From the NCBI RefSeq assembly GCF_006345805.1, contig NW_021833235.1:16266-80265 (forward strand): 64,000 bases of DNA, read 5' to 3'. The translations under genes and the position numbers were made by a program. This DNA is from Octopus sinensis (taxonomy: Eukaryota). Below are positions 54,141-64,000 of the stretch, piece by piece (within the stretch, counting starts at the first letter, position 1; each line of letters starts with the position of its first letter). The notes under the pieces are model-generated. The model saw nothing but the letters and a program-made list of their open reading frames with translations, did no database searches and was not told where the DNA came from.

Positions 54141-56342
54141 GGATTTATTATTAGATGCATTATATTATTCATATTAGATGAAATATAAACAGAGGTATGA
54201 GAAAGTTATAAGAGGAGTAATATTGTAGTTTATAGAATCAATATTTTAGTTATGCAAGAATGAAACTGCATATACACGAGGAACATACACACACACACAC
54301 GCATATATATTTCCGCTCAAATATACTCACAGGTACATACGTACTAGATGTGTTTAATTGTTCTTTAAGTAAATAAATAAATAAATTGACATAATATGTC
54401 TAAAAGTTGATGAACCACCTATGATCCCTCCATTTTCTTATTGCTATATAAACTAATGGTAAAACAACTTTTTATTCTCATCCATTTAGTACACTCGGTA
54501 ATGTAATTGCAATGCAATGAAAAAACACGTGTATTAATAATTGGGTATTCTATCAAAAGTATATTGGTTAGATATTATCCCTTAGTGGGTTGGATTCACA
54601 ACCTCTAACTTTCTTGGAATTAAAGTATATATGTGTGTGTGTGTGTGTGTACCAGACTACCTCTGACCTGTTGGGTTACTGGGAAACAGGTTTCCAGCAA
54701 AGGAGTTTTGTTTCGTGTTTTATATATTTCGCATGCTTTCAAAGAATGTTACATCGAAAAGGAAAGATTTGGCTGCTATTTCTTGCACGCCCTGCTACCA
54801 TGTACCAAGTATTTTGGGTCCGTTATCGCAAATACCTGTTACGTGTTAGTAGGGCGTGCTAGAAATAGCAGCCAAATTTTGGGGGGTCGGATACGTTGAA
54901 TGCACTCGAAAAAAAACCTATGGAAAAATACTGTTTCACACCGAGGTTACGAATGGGTCTTTTACGAAATATTTACTGTACTTTTAAAGTCATTTTCACT
55001 TTAAAATATTTTTTTAAATATGCTCCCCAAAATTTTTGTAACGCTATTCACTTGAAAACAATTTAAGATATTGTCTTTTTAAAGAAAGCTAAAATATAAA
55101 TACTTGCTGTACGAACAGCTTACATTTTCGAAATCACATTCACTTAGAAATATTTCTGAATGTTTAAAATAGTGTTTAACAAAAGCGAAAATAGAAACAT
55201 TTACTGTAAAAAACAAAACAAAAAACTCGTAATTTTTCGTTTTCAAATCAGTCTAATAGAAAGATAAGAGTTTCTTCCCTTTCAGGATGATTATTTTCAG
55301 AATATTTTTCCCATTATGCACCGTTTTGTGTATTTATACCCCACAAACCTCTAATATCTTTAAAACTACTTGTCCGATTTACGCGAAACTTGGTTTTATT
55401 TCATTCGTATTAACATTTCAGGGTAAACTTAATTCATGTTATCTTCCTATTATACACCTGTACATTTCTTTATTGCCCACAGGGGGCTAAACATAGAGTA
55501 GAGAGGACAAACAAGGACAAAGGGATTAAGTCGATGATATTGACTCCAATGCGTAACTGGTACTTATTTAATCGACCCCGAAAGGATGAAAGCTAAAGTC
55601 GACCTCAGCGGAGTCTGAACTCAGAGCGTAATAGCAGAGGAAATACCTATTTCTTTACTACCCAGAAGGGGCTAAACACAGAGAAGACAAACAAGGACAG
55701 ACAAACTGATTAAGTCGATTATATCAACCCAAGTGCGTAACTGGTACTTAATTTATCGACCCTGAAAGGATGAAAGGTAAAGTCGACCTCGACGGAATTT
55801 GAACTCAGAACGTAACGGCAGATGAAATACCGCTAAGCACTTCGCCCCGCGTGCTAACGTTTCTGCCAGCTCATGTTATCTTCCTATTATGCACCTGTTA
55901 GGCTGGGTAACATTGTAAGCAAGCAAGCAAGCAAGCTTCAAACTGACTTTTAATGTATTATATATATAATGGTTTCATATATCTTTGGCACGTGAAGATT
56001 TGCGTAGGAGACGCATATCTGCCAAGTTTGTGCCAAACGTGCTTTAAGCTGAGCAAAAGGACACTCAGGTTTCAGTTGCAAATTCAAGGACGCAAAACGT
56101 CTTTTCCTGGTTGAGTGAAAGCCATAACGGGATCTGAAAAAATATGAAAAAATCATTACCATTACAAAAAACTTAATGAATTTAACCTTAAAATGGTACC
56201 TGTTTCATCATACTGACAATCATAGTCCAGCAGATATGAGGACTTGAAATGTGCCCAAGACTTCTGGAACACTTTATATATGTATGTATATTTATATATG
56301 TATATATATGTATATATGTGTATATAGATATGTATATGTATA

Positions 56343-56728
56343 TATATTTATCAAAATAAAAACATGATGCAAAGGATTTAGCGGTACATATGTTTCTGGC
56401 TTTTATTAGACGGTATATATCAATGCATAATTGATGTAATTTGTATGTCAATAGCCTTCTTCAGCCGCGTACAATTACTACTCCAAGGACATGTATTACA
56501 TTATAAGTTTGGGAAACGACTATGAGGATTTGCATCCCCAACGTAAATCGTCTTTTTCTCAAACTTATAATGTAATACATGTCCTTGGAGTAGTAATTGT
56601 ACGCGGCTGAAGAAGGCTATTGACATACAAATTACATCAATTATGCATTGATATATACCGTCTAATAAAAGCCAGAAACATATGTACCGCTAAATCCTTT
56701 GCATCATGTTTTTATTTTGATAAATATA
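56343..56728. repeat. Fold-back palindrome, 169-bp arms, 48-nt loop
   Basis: Arms 56343-56511 and 56560-56728 appear to be exact reverse complements. Confidence 0.95.
56603..56690 (+). ncRNA. Type I hammerhead motif in right arm of palindrome 56343-56728 (mirror copy 56381-56468, -)
   Basis: GCGG-CUGAAGA-A-GGCU[long loop]AGCC-A-GAA-ACAUAUGU-A-CCGC; palindromic stem III, GUA triplet. Confidence 0.7.
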
Positions 56729-56956
56729 CTCTATCAGCTACACCACTAAATGGCATATACAGGTGCTTACAATTATCAAGTATTCACCCTGAATTATATG
56801 TATATATATATATGTGTATGTATATATATTTGTTTATATGTATATTTATGTATATATAGGGGAGAATTCCAAAAAAAAAACAACAACAAAAGACGAAGAC
56901 AGGTGGTGTAGACAACAAACAGATGTATTAGTATAACGCTCGGGAAGTGAAAAAGT

Positions 56957-56992
56957 CTTTAACGTTTCGAGCCTACGCTCTTCTACAGAAAG
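56957..56992 (-). ncRNA. Hammerhead-like motif (CUGUAGA variant) in repeat about 56860-57040
   Basis: CUUU-CUGUAGA-A-GAGC guag GCUC-GAA-ACGU-U-AAAG. Stem I is CUUU/AAAG versus GUUU/AAAC in the 12457 family (compensatory change); A6 is replaced by U. Confidence 0.5.
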
Positions 56993-58914
56993 GAACACAG
57001 AAAGAAACAAGGAAAGAAAATAAAGAATGTGTATTGGCTAAAAAGCAGAAAGTACAAAAAAGTTTATAAACTATAAAAAAAGTTGCGAAAAGTTCAAAAG
57101 CTTCAGACGTTGTGGTGTATTGGAGCGATTTTTCATCTAAAGAGGAGTCCAGTGTAATTCATAGGCAGGAGAGGTGCAGCTGAAGTGTAGAAAGTCCAGT
57201 AGAAGTTGCTGGGTGATGAGAGGAGACAGGTACATATATATAATATATATATATATATATTATATATATATATATGTATATACATATATGTATATATGTA
57301 TATATGTATATGTATATATATATGTATATATATGTATATATATACATGTATATATATATGCATATGTACATATGCATATGTATATAAGTATATATTTGTA
57401 TATGTATATATGTGTATTTATATATATGTATATGTATATATGTGTATTTATATATATGTATATATGTGTATCTATATATATGTATATATACGTATATATA
57501 TATGTATATATACGTATATATATATATGTGTATATATGTGTATATGTATGTATATATATATGTATATGTATGTATATATATATGTATATGTATATATATG
57601 TATATACATATATGTATATATGTATATATATTATATATATATATATATACATACATATATATACATATATATACATATATAAATATACATATATAACATA
57701 TATATATATACATATATATATATATACATATATATAAATATACATATATATATACATATATACATATATATATATATATAAACTTAGATATGTTTCGACC
57801 AAAGATTGGACCAGGCTATGTCTAACTTAATAGCGCCACCTGATAGGATTATCTAAATCCTTTTTAAGTCAAGCTTTGTTTATGGCCCATTCAAGAAGTG
57901 AGTTCTTGTTGAGTGAGTTGTATCCAGGTAGAAGTGGCTTATCTGGTATCCCTTGAAGGAAATTATCCAGACTCCGTTTAAAGGTGATGGGATCCTTTGC
58001 CTCTTTGATCAGTATATATACAGCTCCTATCCCAGTCTGTCATCCCGGTTTTCAAACAGGGAAACAGATCCTTCGCAGCCTAGGCGTGAGTCTCGTGAAA
58101 CCCTCGTGTCTGAGGCCGAGGAATCGCCCGATTTTTGTGCACACGTCACGCGACCAGGTGGGCGCAACCATCTGCCACCGGCGGATCATAACCCCCCCCC
58201 CCATAGGCACAGGAGTGGCTGTGTGGTAAGAAGCTTGCTTCCCAACCACATGGCTCCGGGTTCAGTCGCACTGCGTGGGACTTTGGGCAGGTGTCTTCTA
58301 TAGCTTCGGGCCGACCAAAGCCTTGTGAGTGGATTTGATAGACGGAAACTGAAAGAAGCCCGTCGTATATATATGTATATATATATCAATGTGTGTGTCT
58401 GTGTTTGTCCCCCATCACCATTTGACATTCTGTGTTGGTGTGTTTACATCCCCGTAACTTAGTGGTTCGGCAAAAGAGTTTGATGGAATAAGTATCAGGC
58501 TTAAAAACAAGAACTGGGATCGATTCATTTGACTAAAAATTCAAGGTGGTGCCCCAGCATGGTCGCATTCTAATGACTGAAACCGGTAAAAGGTAAAAGA
58601 TAATGTGACTTACACAAAATAGTCAATGATATCCGGACTTAAAGGGGTTGAATAAATTCCCTCTTTAAACTCCTTTCTGTCAACACATCAAATGTAAAAT
58701 TCTTCCCTGAAGACGGAAGCTGGTATTATCCAATGAAGGAATTAATTTACAGTCATTATTTTGGACCACCAAGCCCCCAGAAACTGCTGTTGGACTCGTA
58801 AAACTCTTAATCAGCCCCCGATGTTGGTGTGTTTACGGAGACGTAAACACACCAGCATCGGTTGTCAAGCGATGTTGGGGGGACAAACACAGACACACAA
58901 ACATATACACACAC

Positions 58915-58948
<34 letters not shown>

Positions 58949-59173
58949 CAGAAATATTGAATTTCTAAATCTCTCGTAGAGACATGTACGGTGGTGGGGC
59001 GATAGAATGGTTGTATACTGTCAATCTAACAAGAACGTGACAGTAGGGGGTACACCACCGTTGTATAGCCCTAGGAGGCATCGAACGCCTCCTGAGCTTC
59101 GACACATTTTTTTCTGTGTCCTTATATACATATACGAAGGGGAGACAAACACCTCCAACCGCCGGAACTGCAT

Positions 59174-59217
59174 CTAGGGACACCGTGTTTCAGGATCATT
59201 GTCCTTCATCGGCCTAG
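59174..59217 (-). ncRNA. Minimal hammerhead motif (U4C variant) in direct-repeat-bounded element 58951-59359
   Basis: CUAGG-CCGAUGA-AGGA caauga UCCU-GAA-ACACGGUGU-C-CCUAG; 5-bp stem I, GUC triplet. Confidence 0.75.
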
Positions 59218-59499
59218 AGTAGCAGACACCGGTCGGCTGGTGATATTTGCCTTGACTTCGTATCTGTATATATGTAAACTCAGTGAAGTTTATTCACTGA
59301 TTATCAAAATAAGAAATATTGAATTTCTAAATCTCTCGTAGAGACATGTACGGTGGTGGACATCCTGGTGCAAAGGGGAGTGGGGTGCTGGTCAAGTGTG
59401 GTGGTGGTGGGGGGTCAATAAGTTAAATATGCCGAATACTTTGATAGAGATCGATAAACGGAAGACATGCAAAAGAAATAGGGGAAGGAAGTGGTAAAG

Positions 59500-59901
59500 A
59501 TTATGTGGTGGTGGTGGTAGTGGAGGTGGGAATGGCAGTAGCGATGACGCTTGGAGTGGTGACGATGGTTAGTAATAATGCGGTGGTGGTGGTGGTGGTT
59601 GTGTGGTGGTGACGATGGTTAGTAATAATGCGGTGGTGGTGTGGTGGTGGTGGTGGCGGTGGTGATAGCCGTGTTGGTAGTGGTAATGGTGGTGGTGGTA
59701 GTATTAGTGGGGGTGGGAATGGTGATGGTGTTGTTGTGGTGGGGATGATGACAGTTGTGATGGTGATGATTGTGGTGTTGTTGTTGTGGTGGTGGTGGTG
59801 ATGGTTCTGTGGTTGTGGTCATGGTGGTGGATGAGGCGGTCAGGTTAGGGAAATAGTCAAGAATTTCAAGGTTAAGCTTAGGGACAAAAGTCAGACGTGA
59901 T

Positions 59902-59963
<62 letters not shown>

Positions 59964-61025
59964 CAGCAGCAGTAGTAGTAGTAGTAGTTGTTGTTGTGGT
60001 CATAGTTGTTGCTTAGATCCAGTTAAGTCCTGAGTGGACAGACCGATGATTAAAGGCATTCCAGCCGTGACCAATCCACTTGTTATTTACTCACAGTTCG
60101 GAAACGCTCCCCAAAGATAGAAAGTGATTTGAGGATGATTTGACTGCTATTTCTAACAGGCTTCCACCCTTGTTCTTGTTGTTGTGGAGGTGGTGGTGGT
60201 GGTGGTGGTGGTGGTGGTGGTGGTAGTGGTGTAAAACTGCAGCCACCACAAATGCTACTACTATAACTACCAACACCACCACCACCACCACCACCACCAC
60301 CGCCGCCACCGCCACGACTACGATCATGACGACGACAACCACTAGCATCACTACCATCGCCAGCATCACAGCACTACCACAGTAACAGCAGTAGCACTAC
60401 CACATCAGTACCACTAAAACCACCACCACCACTGCCACTACAACCACCATTACCACCACCATTACCATAACCATCACCGCAATCAGCAACAAAACTATGT
60501 CCACTACCACCATCACCATCACACTCACCACCACCACCCATACTCACCGCCGTCACTATCACCATCATCATCACCATCACCAACACCACCACCACCACTA
60601 CCACCATCACTACCACATCACCATCAACACCATCACCATCACCATCACCATCACCATCACCACCACCACCACCACCATTACCACGGCCACCATCATCCCC
60701 ACCACCACCATTACCACCACCACCATCACCACCCCACCATTCACCCCCCACCCCCATAACCATCACCACCACCATCACCACTACCACCACCACCACCACC
60801 ACCACCATCACCACCACCACCACCATCACCACCACCACCACCACCACCTACAACCACCACCACCACCTACAAGCCACCACCACCACCACCTACAACCACC
60901 ACCACCACCAGCACCACCACCACCACCACACCATCACCACCACCACCACCATCACCACCACTACCACCACCACCGTCACCACCACCACCACCACCACCAC
61001 CACCACCACCACCACCAGTACCATC
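59500..61025. repeat. Compound (GGT)n/(TAG)n/(CAC)n low-complexity tract
   Basis: Visible trinucleotide mosaics. Similar tracts at 8470-8800, 35230-35400 and 62040-62280; (TA)/(TG) tracts at 31430-31880, 44730-44990 and 57230-57780; (TAT)n at 34230-34530 and 63830-64000. Confidence 0.95.
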
Positions 61026-61889
61026 AGTGACGAAGGAATGTTTTCCTAATTCATTCAACTTTTCCTTAGTTCAGAATAATTAATCTACAATTAATAATTA
61101 ACAGAGCATGACTCGTCCGGAATGAATAATTATCTTCTGTCTCATTGAAACATAAATTCAAGAAAGAATTAAGAGAAAGAAGGTAAAAACAATAACTTGC
61201 ATAATAATTTCTGGAAGGTTCGATAGTGATGAAATACAGCAGCGATTAGCATATTCATGTTCGAATGTGCCGAAAAATATTTAGGATAAGTATGTGTTGA
61301 CACCTTGGGCAAACGTTTTCTGTTATAGCCCCAGGTCCCGACCGAAGCCTTGTGAGTAGATTTGATAGGCGGAGGCTGGAAAAAAACCCCGCCGTGTATA
61401 TGTATGTATATATGTGTGTATATATGTGTGTATTATAGGCGCAGGAGTGACTGTGTGGTAAGTAGCTTGCTAACCAACCACATGGTTCCGGGTTCAGTCC
61501 CACTGCGTGGCATCTTGGCCAAGTGTCTTCTGCTATAGCCCCGGGCCGACCAAAGCCTTGTGAGTGGATTTGGTTGACGGAAACTGAAAGAAGCCTGTCG
61601 TATATATGTATATATATATATATATGTGTGTGTGTGTTTGTGTGTCTGTGTTTGTCCCCCTAGCATTGCTTGACAACCGATGCTGGTGTGTTTACGTCCC
61701 CGTCACTTAGCGGTTCGGCAAAAGAGACTGATAAAATAAGTACTAGGCTTAGAAAGAATAAGTCCCGGGGTCGATTTGCTCGATTAAAGGCGGTGCTCCA
61801 GCGTGGCCACAGTCAAATGACTGAAACAAGTAAAAGAGTATATATAATTATGAATGATGTATGTATATATATATATGTATGTATATGTG

Positions 61890-61926
<37 letters not shown>

Positions 61927-62289
61927 ACATACATAATTTCATACGTACATACATACATACATGGTGGTTGTCTACTCCTTATGCACAGTCTCACCGCCTC
62001 CTGTACCCACAACTTAGATCCATCATGGCGTCTGATGTTGTTGTTGTGATGGTGGTGGTGGTGGCAGCAGCTTTACACCACTACCCCCCCACCCCACCAC
62101 CATTACCACCACCACCTTTACCATCATCACCATCACCACCACCACCACCACCACCACTACCATTACCACCACTACCATCACCACCACCACCATCACCACC
62201 ACCATTACCACCACCATCACCACCACCACCACCATTACCACCCCCAAGAGCATGCCCCCCAAGAGCACCACCACCAGTACCATCAGAAT

Positions 62290-63090
62290 GTTTTCAAAAA
62301 GACACCCATATAGACTGCACATCCGGTTTGGACCACCAAGAGCTGCAGATAAGTTCTGGTCTTTGTGGAATCTTAAAATGTCATTTGAGACCTCTGTTAG
62401 ATTTGTAGACCTTCTGGCATACATTGCATTCAAAGGTGTGCACAGACATATAGGCAGAATAGTTGATGGAGGTCCGTTTTCCATGAGTCCACAAATGAGA
62501 TTTGAGCCCAGCAAACGAAAGACATGGTCTGTCCCAAACTGTGCACACAAAAAGGTCATTGTGATTCACCTTCTAAATCGTAACAGTCTTCTATAAATCT
62601 CTCTTGATTCTTGCATGCATAATCCTGGCCTCTTCATACGCTTTCCCTCCACTCCACACTTTAGTTCGCCATCCAGCTCGATCCGAAACAAGGGTTTCTA
62701 TGTCCTGGATCCATTCCAAGTGACTTCATGGTAGTCTTTATGCTGTCTTTAAACCTCTTTTTAGGTTTACACCGATAGCATTTCCCCTCAATAAGCTCAC
62801 CATAAACAGCTGTTTGGGTGCGCGTTCATCCGCCATTTGAACAATATGGCCAAACCATCTCATCTGGCTTTTCAGAATCATTGCTTTAATTAAAATGATG
62901 CCTGCAGACAGAAGGATATCTGTGTTTGGAATAAAATAGAAAAAACTTCATAAATGCGATGAAGACATTTTTGCTGGAATTGTTCTAACAATTTGAAACG
63001 TCTTCCATAACACGTCCATGTTTCAGAAGAATACAATAGGGATGGTAAGACAAACGATTTGTAAAGAGCCAATTTTGTGTCGTCATTTAT
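62290..63090 (-). mobile_element. RTE-clade LINE fragment with C-terminal C2H2-like motifs
   Basis: KLALYKSFVLPSLLYSSETWTCY..LEQFQQKCLHRI (63090-62950); FVCTVWDRPCLSFAGLKSH and FECNVCQKVYKSNRGLK (62550-62380). Confidence 0.75.
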
Positions 63091-63303
63091 ATGCCGTTGG
63101 TTAGATTTGATAGGCGGAGGCAGAAAGAAGCCCGTCGTGTAAACATACATACATACATACATGCTTACATACATACATACATACATACATACGTACATAC
63201 ATACATACACACGTGTTTGTGTGCGTGCGTGCATGTGTGTGTGTATATATATATATATGTATATATATATATAATATAATATATATATATATATATAATA
63301 TAT

Positions 63304-63337
<34 letters not shown>

Positions 63338-63546
63338 TTAGTGTAGGAAGAAATGGAGCTAAATTATAAACTACACTAAATATATAAACTTCAAATTTCC
63401 GCACTAAGGCACGGGTTTGAGACCCCATGGTCGTAACCTCAACCTTGATTTTTCTGTTGTGATTTTTGCTACCCATGTATCGGTTATCTTTTGAATAATC
63501 CGTAACAAGATAATTCATTTATCCATTTCAATAATATATATATATA

Positions 63547-63621
<75 letters not shown>

Positions 63622-63861
63622 CTTACATACATGCGCTCATCCACACACAAACACGCACGCACACACACACACACGCACACGCGCACACACACACAACCAC
63701 ATACACACATATATAAAGAACCATTGGCGCAAAGCAGTGTTTAGGTATGAGCACAATTATGGTTAGTTGAAATATGTTTGTCACATATTTCAACTGCTAA
63801 AGGCAAATATACCGCAGTTGCTGTGGAGAAAAATTATTATTATTGTTATTATTATTATTAT

Positions 63862-63913
<52 letters not shown>

Positions 63914-64000
63914 TATTATTTCATATCATTATTTTTTATTATATTATTATTATTATTATTATTGTTATTATTGTTATTATTATTATTATTATTATTATTG

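Noticed and set aside
60374-61058. His-rich / Gly-Val-rich ORFs (also 8251-8905, 57159-57802, 61854-62559)
   Set aside because: Translations of microsatellite mosaics.

Overview
AT-rich, repeat-dense eukaryotic genomic DNA. The SINE/LINE families, microsatellite load and intron sizes suggest an octopod cephalopod (Octopus sp.); this is inference, not a database match. The only supported host gene is a LATS/Warts Hippo-pathway Ser/Thr kinase on the + strand. Five phase-compatible GT-AG exons were traced: 14417-14516, 19557-23012, 37139-37312, 42988-43094 and 47345-47725. The UBA-bearing N-terminal exons probably lie upstream of the window. The rest is transposon-derived: three tRNA-type SINE families, RTE/CR1/L1/R4-like LINE fragments, a decayed Penelope-like element (RT + GIY-YIG), a non-autonomous Helitron, hAT- and piggyBac-like MITEs, minisatellites and microsatellites. 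The main hidden signal is at least a dozen type-I hammerhead-ribozyme-like motifs from about seven unrelated short (~180-410 bp) element families. These are Penelope pLTR/retrozyme-like. They include fully canonical cores, U4C variants and one with a compensatory G3-C8 swap. Several sit in near-perfect fold-back palindromes inside LATS introns, and many abut (TA)n microsatellites. Nearly all other ORFs in the track are repeat artefacts.
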